Under the pieces are notes generated by a model. That model had not been told where the DNA came from, made no database searches, and was given only the letters and a program-made list of their open reading frames with translations. The position numbers and the translations under genes were made by a program. From the NCBI GenBank assembly GCA_900317425.1, contig ONGR01000002.1, forward strand, positions 40,112 to 104,111: a DNA stretch of 64,000 nt, read 5' to 3'. Shown here piece after piece: positions 38,748 through 48,535 of this stretch. The stretch comes from an uncultured Eubacteriales bacterium. Its GTDB lineage: Bacteria; Bacillota; Clostridia; Oscillospirales; Oscillospiraceae. Positions within the stretch are counted from its first letter, which is position 1. Every line of letters starts with the position of its first letter.

Positions 38748-39662
38748 ATGCTCTGGTACGAGAGATTTGATCAATCTATTTCAGATGAATTGCCGGATCT
38801 GAGTGTGGCGCGGGAGGAACCGCTGTCACGGCACAGCTCCTTCCGCATCGGCGGTCCGGCCCGGCGGATGGCGTTTCCCGCCTCTGCCGACCAGCTGACA
38901 CACACGGTGGAACTGGGAGAGCGCTGCGGTACGAACCCGCTGATCCTGGGCAACGGCACCAACGTGCTGTTTCCCGACGAAGGCCTGGACCGCCTGGTGA
39001 TCAACACCCGGGATCTGTGCAAGATGGAGCTGACAGGGGCGTGCGACCTGATGGCAGAGGCGGGATTGTCTCTGGCTCGCGTGGCGGTATTTGCCCAGCA
39101 AAACGGCCTGACGGGACTGGAGTTTGCCCACGGCATCCCCGGCAGCGTAGGCGGAGCGGTGTGCATGAACGCCGGCGCCTACGGCGGCGAGATGAAAGAC
39201 GTGTTGGCGGGGGCCTCCGTGTTCTTCCCCGGTGAGGGCGTCCGCTATCTGCCGGTGGAGGAGCTGGATCTGGGCTACCGCCACAGCCTGCTGACCGACC
39301 GCCCCGACGCCGTGGTGATCGGTGCGATGTTCCGCCTGAAAAAGGGCGATCCAGTCGCCATCCGCGGCAGGATGGAGGAGCTGATGCAGAAAAGAAAAGC
39401 ATCCCAGCCCCTGGAATACCCCAGTGCCGGAAGTACCTTCAAGCGCCCTGCCGGCTATTTTGCCGGCGCCCTGATCGAACAGGCCGGACTGAAGGGCCTG
39501 ACGGTGGGCGGCGCGCAGGTTTCCACCAAGCACGCGGGCTTCGTCATCAACACCGGCGGCGCTACCTGCGCCGACGTGCTGGAGCTGATCCGACAGGTGC
39601 AGGAGCGGGTCATGGCCACCGCCGGCGTGGAGCTGGAGCCGGAGGTCAGGATCATTCGATAA
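38748..39662 (+). CDS. murB: UDP-N-acetylmuramate dehydrogenase
   Basis: FAD-binding FRIGGPA, GNGTNVL, and C-terminal SAGSTFKRP...AGGAQVSTKHAGFVIN. Confidence 0.92.
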   Translation: MLWYERFDQSISDELPDLSVAREEPLSRHSSFRIGGPARRMAFPASADQLTHTVELGERCGTNPLILGNGTNVLFPDEGLDRLVINTRDLCKMELTGACDLMAEAGLSLARVAVFAQQNGLTGLEFAHGIPGSVGGAVCMNAGAYGGEMKDVLAGASVFFPGEGVRYLPVEELDLGYRHSLLTDRPDAVVIGAMFRLKKGDPVAIRGRMEELMQKRKASQPLEYPSAGSTFKRPAGYFAGALIEQAGLKGLTVGGAQVSTKHAGFVINTGGATCADVLELIRQVQERVMATAGVELEPEVRIIR

Positions 39663-39672
39663 GGAGGATTCC

Positions 39673-40530
39673 ATGGAGATATTGATCATATCCGGTCTCA
39701 GCGGCAGCGGAAAGAGCCAGGCCGCCTCCTATCTGGAGGACATCGGCTACTATACGGTGGATAATCTGCCGGCTGAGATGATGGTGAAATTTGCCGAATT
39801 CTGCGTGGCGTCCGGCGGGCATTACGACCGGGTGGCCCTGGTATATGACGTGCGTGCCGGCGAGCCTTACACCGTGCTGGTGGAGGCGCTGGAGAAGATG
39901 AAATCCATGGGCGTGAATTGCCGGATGCTTTTCCTGGAGGCATCTACTCAGGCCATTGTCAACCGCTACAAACAGACCCGACGGCTCCACCCGCTGGCGG
40001 GAAGGGGCCAGAGCATCGAGCAATCCATTCAGGCCGAGCGGGAGATGATGCAGCCCATCCGGGATCATGCAGACTTTATTATTGACAGCACCTCTTTCCC
40101 CACCGCGAAGCTCCGCAGCGAGCTGCTGAATCTGTTCGGCAACCAGAGCGACCGCATGGGACTGAACGTCAACGTGCTGTCCTTTGGCTTCAAGCACGGG
40201 ATCCCCATTGAGGCGGATCTGGTCTTTGACGTGCGCTTTATGCCGAATCCCTTTTACGTGGCGGAATTGAAGAACAAAACGGGATTGGACAAGGATGTGA
40301 GGGACTTTGTCTTTTCCTTCCAGCAGACCCACGACTTTATGGACCAGCTGGAGAAGATGCTGTCATTCCTTCTGCCGCTTTACGGGGAGGAGGGCAAGAC
40401 GGTGCTGGTCATCGCCATCGGCTGCACCGGCGGACATCACCGCAGTGTCGCCGTGGCCCACGAGCTGTCGGAATACATCGCCAAGGCGGGCTATCAGGTG
40501 ACGGAGAATCACCGGGATATTTCCCGCTGA
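39673..40530 (+). CDS. rapZ: RNase adapter protein RapZ (YvcJ)
   Basis: P-loop GLSGSGKS, LSFGFKHG, FDVRFMPNPFY, IGCTGGHHRSV. Confidence 0.92.
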   Translation: MEILIISGLSGSGKSQAASYLEDIGYYTVDNLPAEMMVKFAEFCVASGGHYDRVALVYDVRAGEPYTVLVEALEKMKSMGVNCRMLFLEASTQAIVNRYKQTRRLHPLAGRGQSIEQSIQAEREMMQPIRDHADFIIDSTSFPTAKLRSELLNLFGNQSDRMGLNVNVLSFGFKHGIPIEADLVFDVRFMPNPFYVAELKNKTGLDKDVRDFVFSFQQTHDFMDQLEKMLSFLLPLYGEEGKTVLVIAIGCTGGHHRSVAVAHELSEYIAKAGYQVTENHRDISR

Positions 40531-40565
40531 GGTAAAACGATTATCCTGGGGGACGGGAAAGGATT

Positions 40566-41615
40566 ATGGAAGGCAATTATTATCAGGTGCCGCCGGAACG
40601 GGGACCGCGTGTGGTCGCCATCGGAGGCGGCACGGGACTGTCCACGCTGCTGCGTGGCTTGAAGCTATATACGAAACACATTACCGCCATCGTCACCATG
40701 GCCGATGACGGCGGCGGCTCCGGCGTGCTGCGGCACGATCTGGGCATGCTGCCGCCGGGAGATATCCGCAACTGCCTGGAGGCGCTGGCCAACTGCGAGC
40801 CCATCATGTCCCAGCTGATGCACTATCGCTTTACCGACGGCACGCTGGCAGGTCAGAGCTTCGGCAACCTGTTTCTGGCGGCGCTGGACGGCATCATGCC
40901 CAGCTTTGACGCCGCCGTGGCCAGCCTCAGCACGGTGCTGGCCATTACCGGCCGCGTGCTGCCGGTGACCAACGAGAACGTGCAGCTGGAGGCTACCTTC
41001 GAGAACGGCGTGAAGGTGGTGGGGGAATCCCGCATCGGTGCCGCGAAAAAGAAACAGCAATGCCGTATTTCCCGGATCCGCCTGGTGCCGGAGCACCCCA
41101 AGGCGCTTCCGGCGGCATTGACGGCCATTTCCGAGGCCGATATGATCATTCTGGCGCCCGGCAGTCTCTATACCAGTATCATACCCAATCTGCTGGTGGA
41201 CGGGATCGTGGACGCCATTGCCCGTTCCGGCGCGCTGAAGATCTACGTCTGCAACGTGATGACCCAGCCCGGCGAGACGGAGGGATATACGGTGTCGGAT
41301 CATATCCGGGCGCTGTTCAAACACTCCCGGCCGGATCTGTTTCGGATCTGCCTGGTCAACTCCATGCCCATCCCGCCGTTGGTGGCCCAGAATTATGCCG
41401 ATGAGGGCGCGGAGGTGATGCTCTGCGACCAGAGTGCCTGCGAGGCACTGGGAGTGGAGATCGTCAGCCGCCCGGTGTCCACGGTGGACAGCGGGCACGT
41501 CCGCCACAATCCCGGCCATCTGGCCCGGGAATTGATGAACCTGCACGCCAAGCGCAGTATCCGGGTGGTGGACCCCACCGCCCGCCACGGCACCACAAAC
41601 CGCGTGGAGGATTGA
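40566..41615 (+). CDS. yvcK: Gluconeogenesis/morphology factor YvcK (CofD-like)
   Basis: VVAIGGGTGLS, DDGGGSG and GPGSLYTSIIPNLLV motifs. rapZ-yvcK-whiA synteny. Confidence 0.9.
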   Translation: MEGNYYQVPPERGPRVVAIGGGTGLSTLLRGLKLYTKHITAIVTMADDGGGSGVLRHDLGMLPPGDIRNCLEALANCEPIMSQLMHYRFTDGTLAGQSFGNLFLAALDGIMPSFDAAVASLSTVLAITGRVLPVTNENVQLEATFENGVKVVGESRIGAAKKKQQCRISRIRLVPEHPKALPAALTAISEADMIILAPGSLYTSIIPNLLVDGIVDAIARSGALKIYVCNVMTQPGETEGYTVSDHIRALFKHSRPDLFRICLVNSMPIPPLVAQNYADEGAEVMLCDQSACEALGVEIVSRPVSTVDSGHVRHNPGHLARELMNLHAKRSIRVVDPTARHGTTNRVED

Positions 41616-41633
41616 GGAAAGGAAGGGGAAGGG

Positions 41634-42542
41634 ATGCAGTCCTTTGCCTATAAAGTCAAATCTGAGCTGTGCCGGGCGCCGGTGCAGCGGCTCTGCTGCG
41701 CCCGGGCGGAGGCATACGGTGTGCTGTTGTTCTGCAACACCTTTACGCCCCGGGAGGTGCGGATCATCACGGAGAACCCCGAGTTTGCCGCCAGACTGCC
41801 ACGGCTTTTTTCACGGGCCTTTTCCCTGAAGTTTGACCGCCTGCCCGAGGATGACGGATCCCACGGCAAGCTGGTCTTCCAGATCACCGACCGGGCCAAG
41901 CTGGAGCGCATCATCAGCCAGTTTGGATACGATGCCGGCCAGGCGCTGGCGCTGCACGTGAATTTCGGCATGCTGGAGGACGACTGCTGCCGCACGTCGT
42001 TTTTGCGCGGTGCCTTTCTCTCCGGCGGCAGTGTGACCGATCCGGAGAAACGCTATCACCTGGAACTGGCCACGTCCCATATCCAGGCCAGCCGGGAGGT
42101 ATCGGCCCTTTTGACTGAGATGGGCTTTCTGCCCCGTACCGTGATGCGGGGCGGCAACAGCGTGATCTATTTTAAGCAGTCGGAGCACATTGAGGACATG
42201 CTGACCACCATCGGCGCTCCGGCAGCCGCCGTGGAGATCATGGCGGCCAAGGTGGACAAGATGATCCGTAACGGCGCAAACCGCGCCATGAACTGCGACA
42301 TGGCCAACGTGAACAAGGCGCTGGAGGCCGCCCGGGAGCAGCAGGAGGCTATCGAGGGACTTCGCTCGGATGGCGGACTGGAACGCCTGCCGGACAAGCT
42401 GCGACAGACGGCAGAACTGCGGCTGCAGTACCCCGAGCTGTCACTGACCCAACTGGCGGAGCTGTGCGATCCGCCGGTAAGCAAGTCCTGCATCAACCAC
42501 AGAATGCGTAAAATCATGGAGATTGCGAGGGAAAAACAATGA
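41634..42542 (+). CDS. whiA: DNA-binding protein WhiA
   Basis: SFAYKVKSEL N-terminus, LAGLIDADG-like core and C-terminal HTH (LSLTQLAEL...SKSCINHRMRKI). Confidence 0.92.
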   Translation: MQSFAYKVKSELCRAPVQRLCCARAEAYGVLLFCNTFTPREVRIITENPEFAARLPRLFSRAFSLKFDRLPEDDGSHGKLVFQITDRAKLERIISQFGYDAGQALALHVNFGMLEDDCCRTSFLRGAFLSGGSVTDPEKRYHLELATSHIQASREVSALLTEMGFLPRTVMRGGNSVIYFKQSEHIEDMLTTIGAPAAAVEIMAAKVDKMIRNGANRAMNCDMANVNKALEAAREQQEAIEGLRSDGGLERLPDKLRQTAELRLQYPELSLTQLAELCDPPVSKSCINHRMRKIMEIAREKQ

Positions 42543-42988
42543 CGAAAGAAGAACGCTGCCAGAAGGCGATCACCTATCGTGCCCAAGGGCTTAACTGTGC
42601 CCAATGCGTGCTGATCGCCTTTTCCGATAAGCTGGGAATGACTGATGAACAGTGCTGCGGCCTCTGCAGCGGCTTTGGCGGCGGCGTCCGCTATGGCGGC
42701 GTCTGCGGCTCCATCAGCGCGTGTACCATGGTGCTGGGCATGTGCTATCCCCACACTCTGGAAAACGGCGCCGAGGGGAAGGCGCGCTCCGCCAGTCTCA
42801 CCAAGGAGTTCCAGCGCCGCTTTGCGGAGCGGTTTGCCTATCTGGACTGCCGGGACCTGATGCAGAACCCCAATCTCCACGGCACGGAGATGGTGGAAAA
42901 ACTCGGCGTGACCACCCACTGCACGATTCTGATCGTTTCCGCTGTTGAGCTGCTTTGCGATATGCTGGAGGAACTGGAAAAGGAGTAA
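42539..42988 (+). CDS. C_GCAxxG_C_C-family redox-active protein
   Basis: GLNCAQCVL ... CSGFGGG ... GVCGSISA pattern. About 150 aa. Confidence 0.7.
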   Translation: MTKEERCQKAITYRAQGLNCAQCVLIAFSDKLGMTDEQCCGLCSGFGGGVRYGGVCGSISACTMVLGMCYPHTLENGAEGKARSASLTKEFQRRFAERFAYLDCRDLMQNPNLHGTEMVEKLGVTTHCTILIVSAVELLCDMLEELEKE

Positions 42989-42991
42989 GCT

Positions 42992-45900
42992 ATGGCCTTT
43001 GCGCATCTGCATGTGCATACGGAATACAGCCTGTTGGACGGCGCCTGCCGCATCCGGGATCTGCCAAAGCTGGTCAAGGAGCTGGGGCAGACGGCGGTGG
43101 CCATTACCGATCACGGCGCCATGTACGGCGTGATCGATTTTTATCGCGCCTGCAAGGCAGAGGGAATCCACCCGGTCATCGGCTGCGAGGTCTATGTGGC
43201 GCGCCGCACCCGGTTTGACAAGGTCCACGAGTTTGACAGTGAGTCCCGTCACCTGGTACTGCTGTGCCAGAATGAGACGGGCTACCGCAACCTGTCCTAT
43301 ATGGTCTCCCAGGCCTATGTGGAGGGCTTTTATATCAAGCCCCGCATCGATCTGGACCTGCTGCGAGAGCACAGCGAGGGCCTGATCGGCCTGTCGGCCT
43401 GCCTGGCCGGCGAGATCCCCCGGCGAATCGTGAACGGGGATTACGAAGGGGCCAAGGCCTACGCGCTGGAACTGCAGGAGATCCTGGGGGAGGGCAACTT
43501 CTATCTGGAGCTCCAGGACCACGGTATTGCCGATCAGACCACCGTCAACCGGGCTCTGCTGCGGATGCACAATGAGACCGGGATCCCGCTGGTCTGCACC
43601 AACGACGCCCACTATCTGCGCCGGGAGGACGCGGAGAGCCACGACGTGCTCCTCTGCATCCAGACCGGTAAAACGGTGGACGACGAGAACCGGATGCGTT
43701 ATGAGCCCCGGAATTTCTACATCCGCTCCACAGAGGAGATGGAGGAACTGTTTGCCGGCTATCCCGACGCGGTGGAGAACACCCAGCGCATCGCGGACCG
43801 CTGCCAGGTGGAGTTCACATTCGGCAAATATCACCTGCCGGAATTCAAGCTGCCCCCGGGTTATGATTCACCCACCTATCTCCGTAAGCTATGCGACGAG
43901 GGATTTGCCGAGCGATACGGCGAGGCGAAGCCGGAATACCGTAAGCAACTGGCCTATGAATTGAATATGATCGAGAAAATGGGCTTTACCGACTATTTTC
44001 TCATCGTTTCGGATTTTGTCCGCTATGCCAGGAGCGTGGGGATCCCCGTGGGACCGGGCCGCGGCAGTGCCGCCGGCTCCATGGTGTCCTATTGCCTGCA
44101 CATCACGGACATCGATCCCATGCAGTACAGCCTCTATTTTGAGCGGTTTTTGAACCCGGAGCGTGTGTCCATGCCCGATATCGACATGGACTTCGGCGAT
44201 ACCCGCCGGGGCGAGGTGGTGGAATATGTCCGCCGCAAGTACGGTGAGGACCACGTGGCCCAGATCGTCACCTTCGGCACCATGGCGGCTCGCGGCGCCA
44301 TCCGCGATGTGGGAAGGGCGCTGAATATGACCTACGCCGAGGTGGACGTGGTGGCCAAGCTGGTGCCGGCCACGCTGCACATCACGCTGGACGATGCGCT
44401 GAAGCTCTCCAAACAGCTCAGTGATCTCTATGAGGGCGACGAGCGGATCCGTCGGCTCATCGACACGGCCAAGGCTCTGGAGGGTATGCCCCGCCACGCC
44501 TCCACCCACGCCGCCGGCGTGGTGATCACCAAACGGCCGGTGTATGAGTACGTGCCCCTGGCCCGAAACGACGACGCCATCGTCTGCCAGTACAACATGA
44601 TCACGCTGGAGGAGCTGGGCCTTCTGAAGATGGACTTCCTGGGCCTGCGGAACCTGACGGTGCTGGACGACGCGGTGAAGATGGTGCAGAAGCAGCAGCC
44701 GGACTTCCGGCTGGATCAGATCCCCATGGACGACCCGGCGGTGTTCGAGATGCTGACGGCGGGGAAGACCTCCGGCGTGTTCCAGATGGAGTCTTCCGGC
44801 ATGACCGGTGTGTGCCTGGGGCTGAAGCCGGAGAATATCGAGGATATCACGGCTATCATCGCTCTGTACCGCCCCGGCCCCATGGAGTCCATCCCCCGGT
44901 TCATCGCCTGCAAGCATGATCCCAAGCTGATCACCTACAAGCACCCCATGCTCAAGCCGATCCTGGACATCACCTACGGCTGCATCGTCTACCAGGAGCA
45001 GGTGATCCAGATCTTCCAGCAGCTGGCCGGGTATTCTCTGGGCCAGGCGGATATGGTGCGCCGGGCCATGAGCAAGAAGAAGGTCAAGGATATCGAGAAG
45101 GAGAGAGGCGCCTTTCTACACGGCGACCCGGAGCGCCACATAAAGGGCTGCGCCGCCAACGGCATCCCGGAGGACGTGGCCCAGTCCATCTACGACGAGA
45201 TCTACGACTTTGCCAACTACGCCTTCAACAAGGCTCACGCCGTGTCCTACGCGGTGGTGGCCTATCAGACGGCCTGGTTCAAATGCCACCACGTCAAGGA
45301 GTATATGGCCGCCCTGCTCACCAGCGTGCTGGACAACTCCGACAAGGTGGCCGAATATATCGCCGAGTGCAGGGAGTGCAAGATCCCGCTGCTGCCGCCG
45401 GACGTGAACCGCTCCTATGACCGCTTTACGGTGGAGGAGGGTGGCATCCGCTTCGGGCTGGTCGCCATCAAGAACATTGGCCGTGGCTTCATCCGGACCA
45501 TGGTACGGGAACGGGAGAACAGGGGCCTGTTCGCCTCCTTCCAGGACTTCTGCGAGCGGATGTTCGACTGCAACGACATGAACAAGCGAGCCGTGGAGAA
45601 TCTCATCAAGGCCGGTTCCTTCGATTCCATGGGCTCCCGCCGCTCCCAACTGATTGCCATTTACGAGAAGGTGCTGGAAAGTATTGCCGACAGCCGCCGC
45701 CACAACGTGGAGGGCCAGCTGGACTTCTTCGGCATGGCGGCCTCTTCCGCCACCGGCAAACATACCCAGATCGACCTGCCGGATATCCCGGAATACAGCG
45801 CCACGGAGCGGATGTTCATGGAGAAGGAGACCACCGGCCTCTATCTCTCCGGCCATCCCATGGCGGATTATCGCCACATAGCGAAGCGTGCCGGCGCTGC

Positions 45901-46480
45901 ATCCATCCATGACATTATGGAGGACTTTGCCCAGGAGGACGGGCCCCAGCGCTTTGCCGACGGGCAGAACGTGACGGTGGCAGGTATCGTTACCGCCAGC
46001 AAGACCCGCACCACCAAGAACAACAGCCTCATGGCCTACGTGACGGTGGAGGATGAACTCTCCTCCATCGAGCTGCTGTGCTTCAACCGGGTCATCGAGA
46101 CCAACGGCAGCTATATGGCCGTCAATACCCCGGTGCTGGTGAAGGGCCGTCTGTCCGTCCGGGACGAGAAGCCGCCGCAGATCATGTGCGACAGCATTTT
46201 TCCCTTGAAGCAGCTGACCTCGCCGGGGGAGGATGCGGCCAAGCCGCCCGCCAAGGAGAAGGAGGCCACCATCTACCTCCGCGTCCCCAGCCTGGACAGC
46301 CGGGAATTCCGCCACATCAAGTTGGTCATGACCATGTTTGAAGGAGAGACCCCGGTGAAGATCCGGGTGGCCGATACCGGCAAGCTGCTGGGCGGCCAGT
46401 GCCTCAACCATCCGGCGCTGCTCCAGGAGTGCCGAGAATGGCTTGGCGTGGAGAACGTGGTGGTGAAGGAGAAGAAATAG
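42992..46480 (+). CDS. dnaE: DNA polymerase III alpha subunit (DnaE type)
   Basis: PHP domain (FAHLHVHTEYSLLDG), polymerase core (PDIDMDF) and OB fold. 1162 aa. Confidence 0.94.
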   Translation: MAFAHLHVHTEYSLLDGACRIRDLPKLVKELGQTAVAITDHGAMYGVIDFYRACKAEGIHPVIGCEVYVARRTRFDKVHEFDSESRHLVLLCQNETGYRNLSYMVSQAYVEGFYIKPRIDLDLLREHSEGLIGLSACLAGEIPRRIVNGDYEGAKAYALELQEILGEGNFYLELQDHGIADQTTVNRALLRMHNETGIPLVCTNDAHYLRREDAESHDVLLCIQTGKTVDDENRMRYEPRNFYIRSTEEMEELFAGYPDAVENTQRIADRCQVEFTFGKYHLPEFKLPPGYDSPTYLRKLCDEGFAERYGEAKPEYRKQLAYELNMIEKMGFTDYFLIVSDFVRYARSVGIPVGPGRGSAAGSMVSYCLHITDIDPMQYSLYFERFLNPERVSMPDIDMDFGDTRRGEVVEYVRRKYGEDHVAQIVTFGTMAARGAIRDVGRALNMTYAEVDVVAKLVPATLHITLDDALKLSKQLSDLYEGDERIRRLIDTAKALEGMPRHASTHAAGVVITKRPVYEYVPLARNDDAIVCQYNMITLEELGLLKMDFLGLRNLTVLDDAVKMVQKQQPDFRLDQIPMDDPAVFEMLTAGKTSGVFQMESSGMTGVCLGLKPENIEDITAIIALYRPGPMESIPRFIACKHDPKLITYKHPMLKPILDITYGCIVYQEQVIQIFQQLAGYSLGQADMVRRAMSKKKVKDIEKERGAFLHGDPERHIKGCAANGIPEDVAQSIYDEIYDFANYAFNKAHAVSYAVVAYQTAWFKCHHVKEYMAALLTSVLDNSDKVAEYIAECRECKIPLLPPDVNRSYDRFTVEEGGIRFGLVAIKNIGRGFIRTMVRERENRGLFASFQDFCERMFDCNDMNKRAVENLIKAGSFDSMGSRRSQLIAIYEKVLESIADSRRHNVEGQLDFFGMAASSATGKHTQIDLPDIPEYSATERMFMEKETTGLYLSGHPMADYRHIAKRAGAASIHDIMEDFAQEDGPQRFADGQNVTVAGIVTASKTRTTKNNSLMAYVTVEDELSSIELLCFNRVIETNGSYMAVNTPVLVKGRLSVRDEKPPQIMCDSIFPLKQLTSPGEDAAKPPAKEKEATIYLRVPSLDSREFRHIKLVMTMFEGETPVKIRVADTGKLLGGQCLNHPALLQECREWLGVENVVVKEKK

Positions 46481-46519
46481 CGAAAACAACATAAAAAAGC
46501 TGCATCAGCTTCAGAAACG

Positions 46520-46560
46520 AAAGAGAGATCCCCGGCAGAGATGCCGGGGATCTCTCTTTT
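46520..46560 (+). terminator. Rho-independent terminator after dnaE
   Basis: 17-bp stem AAAGAGAGATCCCCGGC/GCCGGGGATCTCTCTTT ending in a T-run. Confidence 0.85.
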
Positions 46561-46634
46561 CACACAATGGATGGCGTGGCATAAACTGGATTGAAAGAGC
46601 TCATCTTTCAGTACTTAAAACAGGAGGTAACACA

Positions 46635-47468
46635 ATGCCTGAAAATGTGATGCCGGGCCCGGTCAGTGATCTGGAGAACATCCGGGAATCCGTCTGTATC
46701 CATACCCGAAAGATATTTGACAGCTGCCGTGACAAGGACTGCGTGGAGGACCTGCGGTTCTACCCCACGGTGGAGGCCAGAGACATCCTGAACACATCCC
46801 AGATGGTGAAGGGCGGCACGGCGGAACTGCTCTACGTCTATACCGACGTGGAGCCGGTGACTTTCAACCGCGGGTTTTACTCCATCGACATGCGGTTTTT
46901 CTACCGCGTGACGCTCCAGGTCTACACCGGCGCGCCGCGCTATACCGAGGCCGAAGGCCTGTGCGTGTTTGACAAGCGCTGCATTCTCTTCGGCAGCGAG
47001 GGCAACGCCAAGATCTTCAGCTCCGACACGGTGCTGGAGGAGCTGGATATCCCCGGTGCTATGCGCAGCAATCTGCCGGTGGCGGTGGTGGAGGCTGTGG
47101 ATCCCATCGTGCTGGATACCCGCATCGCCGACCACAGCATCGGCACCGACGTGCCCTTGACGGAGATCCCCGCTTTCATCGCCCAGAGCTTCTCCGGCGA
47201 GCTGGTCTTCGACAATACCGATGACCGCCGCTACTACGTGACTCTGGGACAGTTCTCTCTGGTGCGCCTGGAGCGGGATACGCAGCTGCTGATTCCCGTC
47301 TACGACTACTGCATCCCCCAGACGGATTGTCCCAGCAACGATCAGGAGGATCCCTGCGGCCTGTTCCGCAGCGTGGCGTTCCCGGTCAGCGAGTTCTTCC
47401 CGCCCAACACGGTGGAGACGCCCACCGACTATACCAGCGCCCGCAACTACTGCGCCTGCCACGGTTAA
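46635..47468 (+). CDS. Conserved-looking hypothetical protein (277 aa) with terminal Cys motifs
   Basis: AGGAGG SD. Coding-like composition. N-terminal VCIHTRKIFDSCRDKDCVEDL and C-terminal NYCACHG. I recognise no family. Confidence 0.6.
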   Translation: MPENVMPGPVSDLENIRESVCIHTRKIFDSCRDKDCVEDLRFYPTVEARDILNTSQMVKGGTAELLYVYTDVEPVTFNRGFYSIDMRFFYRVTLQVYTGAPRYTEAEGLCVFDKRCILFGSEGNAKIFSSDTVLEELDIPGAMRSNLPVAVVEAVDPIVLDTRIADHSIGTDVPLTEIPAFIAQSFSGELVFDNTDDRRYYVTLGQFSLVRLERDTQLLIPVYDYCIPQTDCPSNDQEDPCGLFRSVAFPVSEFFPPNTVETPTDYTSARNYCACHG

Positions 47469-47503
47469 GAAAAAGCGCCCCCGAAGATTCGGGGGCGCTT
47501 TGC
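47469..47503. terminator. Bidirectional terminator (orphan ORF / aro operon end)
   Basis: GCGCCCCCG/CGGGGGCGC stem flanked by A5 and TTT. Confidence 0.8.
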
Positions 47504-48535
47504 TTATACCATATCAGCAATGTCACGGATGAGTCGTTCAGACTTTTCCCAACCCAGGCAGGGATCGGTGATGGATTTGCCGTAACAGCCGCCGCCCACA
47601 GGCTGGGCCCCGTCCTCCAGATAGCTCTCGATCATCAGGCCCTTGACGAGCCGTTGGATATCTCCGCTGCAGCGGCGGTTGGACATGACCTCCTTGGCAA
47701 TGCGGACCTGCTCCAGATGGTTTTTGCCGGAGTTTGCGTGGTTGGTATCCACGATCACCGCCGGATTCTGCAGCATACGGGCTTCATACGCCTCGCTGAG
47801 TCGCAGCAGGTCCTCATAGTGGTAGTTGGGATAGCTTTGACCGTAGCGGTCCACGTAGCCCCGCAAAATGGCGTGGGCGTAGGGATTTCCGTGGGAATGG
47901 GCCTGCCAGCCCCGGTAGATGAAGGTGTGTTCATGCTGGGCTGCCGCAATGGCGTTGAGCATGACCTCCGGATTGCCGCCGGTGGGATTCTTCATGCCCA
48001 CCGGAATATCCAGCCCGCTGGCGGTGAGCCGGTGCTGCTGATCCTCCACAGACCGGGCCCCCACAGCTACGTAGGCCAGCAGATCGTCCAGATACTTCAG
48101 GTTCTCCGGATAAAGCATCTCGTCGGCGCAGGAGAAGCCTGTCTCCGCCAGAGCCCGCATATGGAACTCCCGTGTATAGACGATGCCGTTGAACAGATCC
48201 GGCTTTTCCACCGGGTCCGGCTGGTGGAGCAGGCCCATATATCCGTCGCCGGTGGTGCGGGGCTTGTTGGTGTAGAGTCGGGGAATGATGAATACTTTTT
48301 CCTGCACCTGCTCCTGCACTCTGCGGAGCTTGTGGAGGTATTCCATCACGCTGTCCTCATTGTCCGCCGAGCACGGGCCGATGATCAGCAGCAGCTTATC
48401 CGACCGGCCGGTGATGACGTCCCGGATCTCCTTTGCCCTCTGGCCCACGATCTGCGCCAGCGCAGGAGAGAGGGGATACATGGCTTTTGCCTCCATGGGA
48501 ATGGTCAGCTTCCTGTCAAAATCCATATTCATCAT
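47504..48535 (-). CDS. 3-deoxy-7-phosphoheptulonate (DAHP) synthase, class I
   Basis: About 343 aa. GPCSADNEDSV, KPRTT and IVDTNHANSGK motifs. Confidence 0.88.
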   Translation of the reverse strand: MMNMDFDRKLTIPMEAKAMYPLSPALAQIVGQRAKEIRDVITGRSDKLLLIIGPCSADNEDSVMEYLHKLRRVQEQVQEKVFIIPRLYTNKPRTTGDGYMGLLHQPDPVEKPDLFNGIVYTREFHMRALAETGFSCADEMLYPENLKYLDDLLAYVAVGARSVEDQQHRLTASGLDIPVGMKNPTGGNPEVMLNAIAAAQHEHTFIYRGWQAHSHGNPYAHAILRGYVDRYGQSYPNYHYEDLLRLSEAYEARMLQNPAVIVDTNHANSGKNHLEQVRIAKEVMSNRRCSGDIQRLVKGLMIESYLEDGAQPVGGGCYGKSITDPCLGWEKSERLIRDIADMV

